A DNA stretch of 64,000 nt from Candidatus Yanofskybacteria bacterium (GTDB lineage Bacteria > Patescibacteriota > Minisyncoccia > 2-02-FULL-40-12 > GWA2-44-9). This document shows, one piece after another, positions 49,891 through 60,548 of the stretch. The stretch is taken from NCBI GenBank assembly GCA_003514055.1, contig DOSG01000002.1, positions 79,825 to 143,824 of the forward strand, in the 5' to 3' direction. Below the pieces are notes generated by a model. That model was not told the origin of the DNA. It ran no database searches and saw only the letters and a program-made list of their open reading frames with translations. Numbering within the stretch: the first letter of the stretch is position 1; every line of letters begins with the position of its first letter. The position numbers were made by a program, and so were the translations under genes.

Positions 49891-49952
49891 TAATATTATT
49901 TGGAAATAACGATAATTACTGGTAAATTAGTTATATAGATTAATATCTTTAC

Positions 49953-50537
49953 GTGAAAATCGAAGACAAAATCGAAGCCCTAGAAGAAGAGCTTAAGCGT
50001 CTAACTAAGCTGGTCTATCACGATGAGCTGACTGGCATATTAAATCGGAGGGGGTTCTCAAAAGAGGCCGAGGAGCAATTTAAAAGTATTTCTCTTGGCG
50101 ATACATTAGTCGAAAGGAGAACGCATAATCAGATTCCGTATGCGGTTATATTTATTGATCTGGATGATTTTAAGAAAATTAATGATACATATGGCCACGC
50201 AATCGGTGATATTGCATTGAAGACCGTATCTAGTGTACTTGCCGAACAGTTACGCGGTGGTGACGTGTTTGGTAGGTGGGGAGGAGAGGAGTTTGTCGTC
50301 GGCTTGTTGGGTGCAAGCGCTGAACTAGCTAGGCATGTTGCTGAGAAATTGCGAGTTGCGATTGAACGATGCGTCATAAAAACAGAAGAGGGGCACTCGA
50401 TCAATTTAAGTGCCAGTTTCGGCGTGAAAGAGCACGATAATGAGAAAAGTGTTTCGGAGATGCTCGATAGTGCGGACGATGCCATGTACGAAGCTAAGAA
50501 AAATGGCAAAAACCGAGTAGTGGTCTATAAAAAATAA
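49953..50537 (+). CDS. GGDEF-domain diguanylate cyclase with N-terminal coiled coil
   Basis: active-site RWGGEEFVV; GTG start. Confidence 0.85.
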   Translation: MKIEDKIEALEEELKRLTKLVYHDELTGILNRRGFSKEAEEQFKSISLGDTLVERRTHNQIPYAVIFIDLDDFKKINDTYGHAIGDIALKTVSSVLAEQLRGGDVFGRWGGEEFVVGLLGASAELARHVAEKLRVAIERCVIKTEEGHSINLSASFGVKEHDNEKSVSEMLDSADDAMYEAKKNGKNRVVVYKK

Positions 50538-50576
50538 TTTAGCTTATATACGGAATAAAAAACACCCGAAAGGGTG

Positions 50577-50828
50577 TTATAGCCATTTTCTCATTCTCGT
50601 ACATAATACTTTTGCAAGAACTACGAATCCGGCAATGGGTAGGAATATTACGTATACGGCGCCTAGCAAAGGTGCAGAAAATAACGTCTCAATGAGGCTG
50701 AGTCTAAAAAAGATCTGCTTGGGTTCTCCTTCGATGATAGAACCATCTTCAAGAGGAATAAGTTCCCATTTTTTTACGTTAAGATAGTAGCTTCGCTTAG
50801 CAAGCTCGCCACCATGATAGATTCTCAT
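50577..50828 (-). CDS. Small membrane protein (83 aa)
   Basis: RBS ggagga; C-terminal TM helices. Confidence 0.4.
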   Translation of the reverse strand: MRIYHGGELAKRSYYLNVKKWELIPLEDGSIIEGEPKQIFFRLSLIETLFSAPLLGAVYVIFLPIAGFVVLAKVLCTRMRKWL

Positions 50829-50958
50829 GTACTCCTCCGATGTGAATGTTCTGCCTATACTTTATATCTTATTTTCGAGTATGTAAATTGACTGTGCTGA
50901 GTTCGCGTTTATTGACGAGGGCTGTAGTTATGGTACTTTTTTACATAGACACTTAACA

Positions 50959-51468
50959 ATGCTAGGAGTAGTTATGGATAGCCGCAAAGTCGAAAGACGA
51001 CCTACGCCTATATATGGATTTGGTGTCTTTGCCATTGAAGATATCGAGCCCGGTGAAGTTATAGGGGAATTTCTTGCCGAAATTAGATGGTCAGAAAATG
51101 CCGCATCGTTACCAGTGGATGATTTTTTTTCTGGCAGACATGCTATACAGTTTAGGAAGCATTGGTGGCGAGATGGGCGAGTCGATGGTATCGCCAGATA
51201 CATAGCTCATTCTTGTAACCCAAATTGCGGTATAGTCGATTTGTTCAAAGTAGTTTCAATGAAAAGAATAAAAGCCGGAGAAGAAGTCACTTGGGATTAT
51301 GCCATGACCGAAGAAGAGCATCCACCATTTGAGTGCAAGTGCGGAAGCTCTAATTGTCGCGGAGTAGTATGCGGCTTCCGCCCGATGACATTGGAACAAA
51401 AAGAGGATTTTGTTTCTAGGTGCGGTGGGATGATATCCGATTGGCTACTAACAGAGTATAACCTATAA
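50959..51468 (+). CDS. SET-domain protein (putative protein-lysine methyltransferase)
   Basis: NHSCNPNC, EEVTWDY and post-SET CKCGSSNCRG motifs. Confidence 0.8.
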   Translation: MLGVVMDSRKVERRPTPIYGFGVFAIEDIEPGEVIGEFLAEIRWSENAASLPVDDFFSGRHAIQFRKHWWRDGRVDGIARYIAHSCNPNCGIVDLFKVVSMKRIKAGEEVTWDYAMTEEEHPPFECKCGSSNCRGVVCGFRPMTLEQKEDFVSRCGGMISDWLLTEYNL

Positions 51469-51496
51469 GGGTAGAGCCACTATGTGGCTCTTTTAA

Positions 51497-52495
51497 TTAC
51501 TTGTACATGGTGGCATTAACCACGGCCATGGTCTCGTCGGCATTTGACCTGGCGATAGCATTCCCTTTCTCTAAAATACTTTCTATATAATCCGGATTCT
51601 CGGTTATCTTCTTTCTATTTGTCTGGAATGTGGCTAGAAAAGAATTTACAATATCAGAGAAGGCGTCTTTGAATTCACCCATGACTTTCTCGCCTTTTAA
51701 ATGACGTCCAATAATAATATCTATTTTTTTGTGCTCGTTCTCATCGGAAGATAGCTCTTTTGCCAAGAATATATGATTTTTAAGGGCATTGCTCATTTGA
51801 CCTTCAAAAGCCGTTTCGGCTTTTTTAATTTTCTGGATTACTTCGTCTGGTGAGTCGGTTAAAAATATTGCTGTTTCTGGCGAAGTTTTACTCATTTTCC
51901 CGTCTCCCTTGAGGGATAAGATCCTAAGTGATTCGACTTGATGAGCTTTGGGTAAGGAAAATACTTCGCCGTAGTTTTTATTGAATCTACGGGCGAGTTC
52001 TCTAGTGACTTCTATGTGTGACAATTGATCTTCGCCGACAGGAATTTCTTTAGCTCGATTTATTAAAATGTCCGCGGCCATAAGCACGGGGTATAGCAAG
52101 AGTAGGGCATTGGCATTTTCTGGTTGGAGAGTGCTTTTTAGTTTCTCCTTAAGCGTGGGCACTCTTAATAATTCTGCCACTGATATTAATCTCGAGAGAA
52201 TCAGAGTTAATGAGCTGACTTGATTTGCAATGGCCGACTGTATGTATATAGTAGTTGTGTCTGGGTCTAAGCCTAGAGCGATATAATCGGCTACTACCTC
52301 ATTGGTGTATTTCTTAACAAGTGCTGGTTCATTGTCGGTGAGGGCATGTATATCGGCGACAAAAACTAGAGGTCTGTAGCCTTGAGATTGGAGCTTAACG
52401 ATAGGTTTAACGGCACCTAGATAGTTTGCAACTGTTAAATTACCTGTTGGCCTGATTCCTGTAAATATATCTACTTTATATTCTGGTTTACTCAT
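51497..52495 (-). CDS. trpS: Tryptophan--tRNA ligase
   Basis: HIGH-like region (FTGIRPTGNLTVANYLGA); KMSKS (GKMSKT); 332 aa. Confidence 0.85.
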   Translation of the reverse strand: MSKPEYKVDIFTGIRPTGNLTVANYLGAVKPIVKLQSQGYRPLVFVADIHALTDNEPALVKKYTNEVVADYIALGLDPDTTTIYIQSAIANQVSSLTLILSRLISVAELLRVPTLKEKLKSTLQPENANALLLLYPVLMAADILINRAKEIPVGEDQLSHIEVTRELARRFNKNYGEVFSLPKAHQVESLRILSLKGDGKMSKTSPETAIFLTDSPDEVIQKIKKAETAFEGQMSNALKNHIFLAKELSSDENEHKKIDIIIGRHLKGEKVMGEFKDAFSDIVNSFLATFQTNRKKITENPDYIESILEKGNAIARSNADETMAVVNATMYK

Positions 52496-52586
52496 AATAC
52501 GTTAAATGTTACCACTAAATACTTGTCGGGTCTATGTATAAAATATTAGGAAGTTAAAAATTGTGATAATATTGATTTAGATCTCC

Positions 52587-52889
52587 TTGCAAGGTGTCAT
52601 CATGATCCGTTTTGATAAAACTGGCAGAACGGTGACGATATATCAAGACGATGAATACATTGGGTGTATCCCGCACTTAAACAAGAATCTTGTAATTGGT
52701 GGCGTGACTATAAGTCCAGCCGATCTCCGCTTGGTTACTAGGCGACTGGCTTTCGAGCGAGGAGAGGTCATTTGCGATTGCTGTGGTGAAATAGCAAAAT
52801 TTGCCGAACATAGGCCAGCGCATGATGCTTATGATTGTGCCGCATGCGAGAATAGAATTTTGGTTAAGAGAGAGTGGGCAACCGGCTAA
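52587..52889 (+). CDS. Hypothetical Cys-rich small protein (100 aa)
   Basis: CDCCGE...CAACEN; terminator follows. Confidence 0.4.
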   Translation: MQGVIMIRFDKTGRTVTIYQDDEYIGCIPHLNKNLVIGGVTISPADLRLVTRRLAFERGEVICDCCGEIAKFAEHRPAHDAYDCAACENRILVKREWATG

Positions 52890-52957
52890 TGCCGGTTTTA
52901 TTTACACGTCCACGACGTTCTGATATAAGGGTAGTAGATCATTAACAGACGGAACGG

Positions 52958-53611
52958 ATGGGTGTGACCATGAACGCTTCGACACGAAGCGCCGTGATTA
53001 GTCTTGACCAGGGAATAGGTGGCACTTTGGGGATAAAGACTTTCTTTTCCGATCATGGCTTACGAAGAGCCTGGGAAAGATCGTCGATAATAACCATTCC
53101 AGAGATGATTAGAATATTAGATACTGGCCTTTACGTGCCAGTGGGTTACGAAGATGGAACCAAGAAAGAGCATCGCCTTTTTTATAGCATAGATGACCGG
53201 TTCCACTTGGTGGCCGTTCAAGATAGGATCAATCATGAGGTGATTACAATCCTTGGACCTCGGTTTAGATTTAGAATAACCGATGAAGCTATGCGCGCAG
53301 CTATGCAGATGATCGAGCGGAGCCCAATAGAAATATCTAAAGCAGAGCGATACGGTAATTACTATGTGACTTGTAGGGCGTATAGTAACGAATTTAGACA
53401 AGAGATCAATCACAAATTGTTAGCTTGTTCGATAGCTGATTACGGTAATATAAAATCGTTGATGAACAGCCGAATGTTTAAAGATGATCTCGTGACAGCA
53501 CTTAAGAAGAAGAATCTGCAGAGACTGATAAAGGTAATATATATAAGTAAGACTAGATCGGGCAAGCCTCGTCCGTATACGCTAAATGAAGTGTTTGGCT
53601 CCAATAGTTAA
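52958..53611 (+). CDS. Hypothetical protein (217 aa)
   Basis: ORF only. Confidence 0.4.
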   Translation: MGVTMNASTRSAVISLDQGIGGTLGIKTFFSDHGLRRAWERSSIITIPEMIRILDTGLYVPVGYEDGTKKEHRLFYSIDDRFHLVAVQDRINHEVITILGPRFRFRITDEAMRAAMQMIERSPIEISKAERYGNYYVTCRAYSNEFRQEINHKLLACSIADYGNIKSLMNSRMFKDDLVTALKKKNLQRLIKVIYISKTRSGKPRPYTLNEVFGSNS

Positions 53612-53674
53612 CCCGCCTATTCTGGCGGATTTTAGTTGCTCAAATCGTAAGTTTGATAATATAATGTAAATCTC

Positions 53675-54376
53675 ATGCCTAGCCTGAACGATGCGAAAAA
53701 ACGATTAAGGGTCAAAGCGGACCCGATTAAGGCAAAAATATTGCAAGGGTTTTTCAAGACAGCTAAGGGTGAATATGGTTATGGTGATTTATTTCTGGGT
53801 GTTACTGTGCCGGAAATAAGAAAAATCGCCGTGGCCAGCGAGGGACTTAGTCTGCCCAGCATAGAGAGACTGCTACATTCTAAAATTCATGAAGAAAGGC
53901 TTCTAGCCTTGTTGATTTTGGTTAATGCCTACGGATTGGCTGATAATTCTGGCAAGCATACGATATGTAAATTTTATATTTCGAACCGTCGATCTATCAA
54001 TAATTGGGATCTAGTAGATCTGTCGGCTCCTAAAATTGTCGGAGATTATCTGTTGGGTAGAAATAAAAAAGCCTTACATAGGCTAGCTATTTCCGAGAAC
54101 TTATGGGATCGACGAATTTCTATAATCTCTACTTATTCTTTTATTAGAAAAAATAAATTCTCAGAAACCCTAAAGATAGCTAGGATTTTATTAGGCGATG
54201 ATCACGATCTTATTCATAAGGCCGTGGGTTGGATGCTACGCGAAGTTGGGAATAGATCGAGGTCGACCGAAGAACTATTTTTAAAAAAACACTATAAGCA
54301 AATGCCAAGAACGATGCTGCGCTATGCCATTGAGAAGTTTCCAGAGAAGTTGAGGATAAAATATTTGGCTAGATAG
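53675..54376 (+). CDS. DNA alkylation repair protein (AlkC/AlkD-like HEAT-repeat glycosylase), tentative
   Basis: size and helical-repeat pattern; no catalytic motif. Confidence 0.5.
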   Translation: MPSLNDAKKRLRVKADPIKAKILQGFFKTAKGEYGYGDLFLGVTVPEIRKIAVASEGLSLPSIERLLHSKIHEERLLALLILVNAYGLADNSGKHTICKFYISNRRSINNWDLVDLSAPKIVGDYLLGRNKKALHRLAISENLWDRRISIISTYSFIRKNKFSETLKIARILLGDDHDLIHKAVGWMLREVGNRSRSTEELFLKKHYKQMPRTMLRYAIEKFPEKLRIKYLAR

Positions 54377-54432
54377 CCAGGGCTTTCTCTTGGGATTTTT
54401 GATAGGGCATTAAAGTAGTGTAGAATTAGAGA

Positions 54433-56715
54433 GTGGAGAGAAGAAATCTCGAAAAATATGATCCGGTAAAACCGGAAGATCTACGTAAGCGGGAACTTTT
54501 TGATTTACTGGCGGATGCTCAGAAGAAGGCTGAGTTAGAAAAAATAATGGCCAGAGCGCAAATGGAAAATTGCGATTCTTTTCATACTCTAGCCGCTAGA
54601 GAAGATAACCAGGAGAAGAAGGAGGCCCTGCTATTGGCAATAAAAGTGTCTGAAAGAGTTAAGGAGCTGGGCGGCGTGGCTATGGTGGCCGGCGGCTATG
54701 CCCGCGATGCGGTTATGGCTAAGCTGGGGATGGGTAGACCATCGAAAGATATCGACTTAGAAATATATGGTGTTGAATTGGCCGTACTTGAATCTGAGCT
54801 CTCCAATCTTGGCGTAGTGAATAAAGTTGGTCAGTCGTTCGGAGTTTTGAAAATAGGAGAATTAGATATAGCTATCCCTAGGCGCGATTCAAAAACTGGG
54901 GATGGGCACAGAGGTTTTGATGTTGAGGGGGATCCAAATATGTTAATGGTAGATGCCGCGCGCAGGCGAGACTTTACAATAAACGCCATGCTGCTTAATC
55001 CGTTGACTGGCGAAGTAATTGATTATTATGGTGGGGTAGAGGATATAAAAGAAAAAACTATCAAGATTGTTGACCCCAAGACTTTTGCCGATGATCCGCT
55101 TAGGGTATTGAGGGCGGCGCAATTCGCTGGAAGATTTGGTTTTGGTATCGACCTCGAAACCGTAAAAATTTGTAGGGATATGAGCGTAGAGCAATTGCCC
55201 AAGGAAAGAGTCGGAGAGGAATGGATAAAATTATTATTAAAATCCGATAGGCCCAGTATCGGACTTGAGGCCATGAGATGGCTGGGAGTCATTGAAAAAT
55301 TGCACCCCGAATTAGCCGCGTTAGTTGGTGTGCCGCAGAATCCTGAGTATCACCCTGAGGGCGACGTATGGAATCATGTGAAAATAGTATTAGATACTGC
55401 ATCTGAAATATGTAGAAGAGAAGGCCTGGATCAGGTGGCTGCTAAGACTTTAATGCTGGCCGCCTTATGTCACGACTTGGGAAAACCAGAGAAAACGACG
55501 ACTGATGAAAATGGTCGTATTATATCTCATGACCACGATGATGCCGGTGTTGAGCCTACCAAAAGCCTGCTAAGCAATTTCAATATTCCAAAAGATCTGA
55601 TAACGAGAGTGGCCGCATTAGTTAAGAATCACATGAAGCCGTTAATGACGAGAGAAGTGACAGATCATGGCGTGCGACGCTTGGCCGATAAATTGTCTCC
55701 AGCGACTATAAAGGAGGCGGTATTATTAACTGAAGCCGATTTGATGGGGCTTAGTAGGTATCCTTTCCTCGGTCCTGAAATACTTGAGAAAGCCGATGAG
55801 CTTGCCATTAAAGAATCAAAGCCTCAATCAATTATATCTGGCAAGATGTTAATTGAGTTGGGCCTTAAGCCGGGTCCAGAGATGGGTCAAGTTTTGAAAA
55901 AGCTCTTTCAGCTGCAACTTGATGGTAAATTCGTGGATATAGAGGGAGGGATGAGATATGCTCATTTGGAAAAATTCATTACTGAATCGCTAGGAAAGAA
56001 CATAGCGCCGGAATTGCTTCTGAATGGTGAGCAATTAACAAAAGAAGATATGGTCGGATACGTTGAACAGAGATTACTAGATGAAGGAACCCAAGATATG
56101 GGGACTTTAGTGATGACCATGATTCTAATGGGCAAAGAGTTACCGCTGATCTTAGAAAGGAATAAGAAGGCTATCTTAACGGCCCACAAGTACGGCCCGA
56201 TATGGTTTTCACATTTAGATCGTGAATTTTACGAGACATCATGGAAGTCATTCTATGGTCAATTTGAGGCCGGAGGTGATACGACAATGGCGCCACTCAG
56301 AAAGTTGACGTATGATAAGCAACTTGATAGGGGACTAGAGTTAATCCTTCGTTCCGATTTAGAATCAATTGATATTTATAAAAAGAGTTTAGACACAAAT
56401 CCAGTTGAGTCATCTGGCATCTTTGCTCTATACGAAACCGATGAGTACCCGTTTGAATTTGGCATGCTCTCCGGTTTCAGAATCATGATTCAATTTAATC
56501 CGACCAAAAAGCGGCTATCGGTTTCGGTACTGGATGAAAATACGGATAGAGTCGCCGATATCGATAGAGAGATACGAGACTTAATCCCAGACTTGGCCGA
56601 GGCCAGGAAGGTCGGCTACTTAACCATGGACTATAAAACAGATGGAACCTCTTTCAACATGGCTGACGCTAGAGAGATTTATGTAAAATTGTCGAATCAT
56701 CTAAGGATTAACTAA
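54433..56715 (+). CDS. CCA-adding tRNA nucleotidyltransferase with HD domain and a ~300-aa C-terminal extension
   Basis: Pol-beta NT motif GGYARD...DIDLEIYG; HD motif LAALCHDLGKP; 760 aa. Confidence 0.65.
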   Translation: MERRNLEKYDPVKPEDLRKRELFDLLADAQKKAELEKIMARAQMENCDSFHTLAAREDNQEKKEALLLAIKVSERVKELGGVAMVAGGYARDAVMAKLGMGRPSKDIDLEIYGVELAVLESELSNLGVVNKVGQSFGVLKIGELDIAIPRRDSKTGDGHRGFDVEGDPNMLMVDAARRRDFTINAMLLNPLTGEVIDYYGGVEDIKEKTIKIVDPKTFADDPLRVLRAAQFAGRFGFGIDLETVKICRDMSVEQLPKERVGEEWIKLLLKSDRPSIGLEAMRWLGVIEKLHPELAALVGVPQNPEYHPEGDVWNHVKIVLDTASEICRREGLDQVAAKTLMLAALCHDLGKPEKTTTDENGRIISHDHDDAGVEPTKSLLSNFNIPKDLITRVAALVKNHMKPLMTREVTDHGVRRLADKLSPATIKEAVLLTEADLMGLSRYPFLGPEILEKADELAIKESKPQSIISGKMLIELGLKPGPEMGQVLKKLFQLQLDGKFVDIEGGMRYAHLEKFITESLGKNIAPELLLNGEQLTKEDMVGYVEQRLLDEGTQDMGTLVMTMILMGKELPLILERNKKAILTAHKYGPIWFSHLDREFYETSWKSFYGQFEAGGDTTMAPLRKLTYDKQLDRGLELILRSDLESIDIYKKSLDTNPVESSGIFALYETDEYPFEFGMLSGFRIMIQFNPTKKRLSVSVLDENTDRVADIDREIRDLIPDLAEARKVGYLTMDYKTDGTSFNMADAREIYVKLSNHLRIN

Positions 56716-57039
56716 ATGGATATAAAAAAACTGTCTAAAATAACTAAGGAGATAAAATCAGCTTATGCCGAACTGAATCGAAAGAAGGGTAGGCCTGTTT
56801 TTAAAGTTAAAGATTATTCTGATGTTTTCGTTGGCGATGTCGGTGATCTGGTTAAATTTTTGGGTAGTTATTCAAGGCGACCGAGCAAGGAGATTCTCAA
56901 GAAGATAGAACATGAACTAGCCGATTGTCTTTGGTCTGTCCTGGTAATATCAGATGAGTTGGGAGTTGATATTGAGAAAGAGTTTCTGATTAACATGGAA
57001 TATTTAAAACAGAAATATTTCGAGAAAAAGAGCAAATAA
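56716..57039 (+). CDS. MazG-like nucleotide pyrophosphohydrolase domain protein
   Basis: EHELADCLWSVLVISDELGVDIE motif; 107 aa. Confidence 0.6.
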   Translation: MDIKKLSKITKEIKSAYAELNRKKGRPVFKVKDYSDVFVGDVGDLVKFLGSYSRRPSKEILKKIEHELADCLWSVLVISDELGVDIEKEFLINMEYLKQKYFEKKSK

Positions 57040-57138
57040 TAGCGAGTAAAACGCCGCCCCGCTTAGCGGGGCGGCGTTTTACTATTCTCTCCAATTGTTC
57101 TATATTCTCCCCAGATCATTTACAAGTAGGAGCTTGCC

Positions 57139-58866
57139 ATGCGTTATCTTAACGAATCAAACATTAGGCCCGTGGCTGATCTTCTTGGCGAGGTGGTCCA
57201 GGAAAAGGATCTGAATATCGGTATATATTTTTCTGGCGATGCTATGAGCTTTCGACGACTAGGCTGGTCCGTGGGTAATGTTGCTGCTTATGTTTCCGAT
57301 GCGACTAAGGTTGGTTCCCGAGTGGCCATTATGTTGCCCAACTGTCCACAGTTTGTGATAGCTTACCTGGCGACATTATCGGCCGGGAGAACGGTTGTGC
57401 CTATCAATTTTATTACAATCAAGGAGCGTCTTGAGGCTCGGCAGAGCGTTAATGAAATAATGCCCACGGAAAAGATAGTCCATCAAATAATGGACTCTAG
57501 GCCAAGTTTAATTTTTGTAGCCGATTTTCTGTATCCAGTTTTAATGAAGATAAAGCCGAACTGGCCGATGACCATAGTCGTCGTCGATGTTATTGACGGA
57601 ATCCCTGCGGCCTTACGGCCAGCTGCTAGACTTATTGCATGGAAAAATAATCGGCGAGCTAATATCTCTGGAATTTACGAAACCTTCACCGATATCGTTG
57701 AAGGTAACCATAAATATCCTCAGGTCAATTTTAACCCCGACGATGTCGCAATCATCCAGTATACGGGAGGAACTACCGGATTACAGAAGGGCGCAGTTCT
57801 TACTTACAGAAATATTCTATCGAATATGTGGCAAATGATGGAGATAATTAGTCCTTTCGTCAAAGAAGGTCAAGAAGTTATGCTGGGAACGCTACCGTTC
57901 TTTCATATCTATGGGCTAGCCGTCTGCATCAATGCTTGTCTCATCGGTCTGAAATCTCCGTTGGTAATCATTCCAACTATAAATCCTAAAGATATCGTTA
58001 AAAGAATTAAGTCGCACAGGATTACAATTTTCCCGAGCATAAACAGAGTCTTCAAAGATGTGGCCGCCTTAAATAATAAGTTCGATCTAGCTCATATGTT
58101 GGCATCTCTTAGGCTGTGCATTAGCGGTGCTGGGCCTATTGATGAATCTATTGTTCAAGATTTCCAACGTTTTACTAAGGTCAAGATCCTTCGTGCCTAT
58201 GGTCTATCAGAAGCATCTCCGGCTGTTTCGGTTTGCTTGCCAGGAAGTATACAGCCAAACAATACGCGTGGAAGCATGATAGGTACCCTAGTCCCAGGCA
58301 CTAAGGTGAAGATCATAGATTTTGACGATAAGGAGATTAATGATGGTGGAGTCGGCATCATTTGGGTCAATGGTCCTCAGGTTATGAAGGGCTATTGGGA
58401 TAACGATAGCGAAACGGCGGGAGCTCTAGCAACTATTGATGACGAGATTTGGCTGAAGACTGGTGACCTGGGCTACGTATTAAATGGTCAGCTTTTCTTC
58501 GCCGGCCGACAGAAGCACATGGCCACCATAAACGCCGAGAACATATATCACTGCGACGTTGAGAGGTATATACAAGCATTAGACGGCATATATGGCGTAG
58601 CACTAGCGACTATCCCTGACAAAAAGTCTGGTGAAGCTATTGCGGCGGTAATCGCCTTCAAGGACGATCACCCAAAAGATAGCGGCGTTACTGAAAGAAT
58701 AAAGACTCGACTTGCAGATATAGCCGTGAATAGATATCATATTCCGAAAGAGATTATTATTGTGACTCCGAAAGAATTTGATACCCTCAAGAATGAACTT
58801 GGTAAAGTGGACGAAGCCCACCTAAGCGGCTTCGTTGCTCGTCGTTTACGGATTCAAATGTCCTGA
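57139..58866 (+). CDS. AMP-dependent synthetase/ligase (long-chain fatty-acid--CoA ligase-like)
   Basis: AMP-binding motif IIQYTGGTTGLQKGAVLTYRN; 575 aa. Confidence 0.85.
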   Translation: MRYLNESNIRPVADLLGEVVQEKDLNIGIYFSGDAMSFRRLGWSVGNVAAYVSDATKVGSRVAIMLPNCPQFVIAYLATLSAGRTVVPINFITIKERLEARQSVNEIMPTEKIVHQIMDSRPSLIFVADFLYPVLMKIKPNWPMTIVVVDVIDGIPAALRPAARLIAWKNNRRANISGIYETFTDIVEGNHKYPQVNFNPDDVAIIQYTGGTTGLQKGAVLTYRNILSNMWQMMEIISPFVKEGQEVMLGTLPFFHIYGLAVCINACLIGLKSPLVIIPTINPKDIVKRIKSHRITIFPSINRVFKDVAALNNKFDLAHMLASLRLCISGAGPIDESIVQDFQRFTKVKILRAYGLSEASPAVSVCLPGSIQPNNTRGSMIGTLVPGTKVKIIDFDDKEINDGGVGIIWVNGPQVMKGYWDNDSETAGALATIDDEIWLKTGDLGYVLNGQLFFAGRQKHMATINAENIYHCDVERYIQALDGIYGVALATIPDKKSGEAIAAVIAFKDDHPKDSGVTERIKTRLADIAVNRYHIPKEIIIVTPKEFDTLKNELGKVDEAHLSGFVARRLRIQMS

Positions 58867-58943
58867 CCGGCACGCTAGTGCCGGTTTTATTTTGTTCACA
58901 ATCTATTATAATTATGCCAGCATCTTCAAAAGAGGCGATTTAT

Positions 58944-59462
58944 ATGAGGAACATGACTGTTGGTATTATGTTCTTTCTGGCGTTATCTCTGGGCGAGGTC
59001 ACGTTAGCTCAAGAAAGTAGTCTTTCTATTAGAATAAAGTTGTCGGAGTTTAGGCTGGATGTATATGATGGCGATATCATAATTGCCAACTTCGATATAG
59101 CCACGCCAGCGGTTATGCCCAAGAACCTACCAGTAGAGGCGTTGATAAGAAATTTCGAAATGAATCCGCGCTGGTATCCAACAGAGTTGACTAGAGAGTA
59201 TTATCTTAAAAGAAGGGGCATAGCCCTGCCCAAAGTATTAGAGTTTGGTGATCCAAGAAATGCTATGGGTCGGGCAATTATCAGGCTAGATTTTATCAAG
59301 CCCGGTGTGATGCCTAGCGCTGTTGCGATTCACGGTACGAATGATGAGAAATCTATCGGTACTTCGATTTCGAGGGGCTGCATAAGAATGCGCAATGTCG
59401 ACGTAGAAGGATTGGTGAATCTAATAGGTCGAAATAAAGCGAGAGTTATCTTCGAAAAATAA
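58944..59462 (+). CDS. L,D-transpeptidase (YkuD family), secreted
   Basis: HGTNDEKSIGTSISRGCIRM (catalytic His/Cys); signal peptide. Confidence 0.8.
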   Translation: MRNMTVGIMFFLALSLGEVTLAQESSLSIRIKLSEFRLDVYDGDIIIANFDIATPAVMPKNLPVEALIRNFEMNPRWYPTELTREYYLKRRGIALPKVLEFGDPRNAMGRAIIRLDFIKPGVMPSAVAIHGTNDEKSIGTSISRGCIRMRNVDVEGLVNLIGRNKARVIFEK

Positions 59463-59777
59463 AACCGGCTGACGCCGGTTTTTAATTTATTGAGGGCTGG
59501 GATTTGGTAAAGAGCCAGATTCGACCGTAACTATTGGAGGAGTGTAATAGAAGTATGACCTTATGCCACGGTAGAGGGCCTGGTAGTATCCTTGCCAGAA
59601 ACAGAACATGACTACTATTAATGCGAAAGCTAGCCACCCTGATAATCTTTTGTTCTCGTCGGTCATCGCCTTATCCTTGCTTTTTTGTGAAGTATTCTTG
59701 GCTAAGTATCAATCTTTTATTTGTAAATTGCAAGTCCATCTGCTAAAATTAATGCTAGTAAATTAATCTAAAAAAGT

Positions 59778-60548
59778 ATGGATGAAATAAATAATAATTT
59801 GCCAATTGGGAATGACAGCGGGGCGTCACTCAAGGATATTCCACCCAAGCCATTTTGGGATGGAATTAGCCCGAACACAATGATAATCTCCGGTGCGATT
59901 GTCATCGCTGGATTACTAATAGGTCTAGCAGTAATTTATTCGAATGGTGGATTCAAGGGGCTTCTTGACGATAGTGGCCAAGCTGCAGAATTGCCTTCGT
60001 CGGCTAGCTTAATTGATGATGACACTATACTTGGCGAAAAAAAGGCTAAACTAACGATTGTTGAGTTTAGTGATTTTCAGTGTCCTTATTGCAGAAAATT
60101 CTGGCAAGATACTCTTCCTCAGATTAAGAAAGAATATATAGACACTGGCAAAGTAAATTTCGTATACAGAGATTATCCATTATCTATACATCCTATGGCC
60201 AATCCGTCGGCCGAGGCAACTGAATGTGCCGATGAGCAGGGTAAGTATTGGCAGATGAACGATAAGATATTCGCGGAACAAGTCAAAAAAGGTGAAGGTA
60301 CAGTTCAGTATACTCTTAATGAAATTAAGAAATGGGCTGGCGAGATAGGCTTAGATACTAAAACATTTAACTCGTGCTTAGATACGCGCAAATTCAAGAA
60401 TGAAATTGCCAAAGACTTGAGTGACGGCACCGCTCAGGGGGTAGAAGGCACGCCAGCATTCTTCATAGGCTCGCAAGTAATGTCCGGAGCTTATCCATTC
60501 GCACAATTCAAGATGATCATCGATGAGGAATTGGCTAAAGTAAAGTAG
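59778..60548 (+). CDS. DsbA-family thiol:disulfide oxidoreductase, membrane-anchored
   Basis: CPYC active site (FQCPYCRKF); N-terminal TM segment. Confidence 0.8.
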   Translation: MDEINNNLPIGNDSGASLKDIPPKPFWDGISPNTMIISGAIVIAGLLIGLAVIYSNGGFKGLLDDSGQAAELPSSASLIDDDTILGEKKAKLTIVEFSDFQCPYCRKFWQDTLPQIKKEYIDTGKVNFVYRDYPLSIHPMANPSAEATECADEQGKYWQMNDKIFAEQVKKGEGTVQYTLNEIKKWAGEIGLDTKTFNSCLDTRKFKNEIAKDLSDGTAQGVEGTPAFFIGSQVMSGAYPFAQFKMIIDEELAKVK

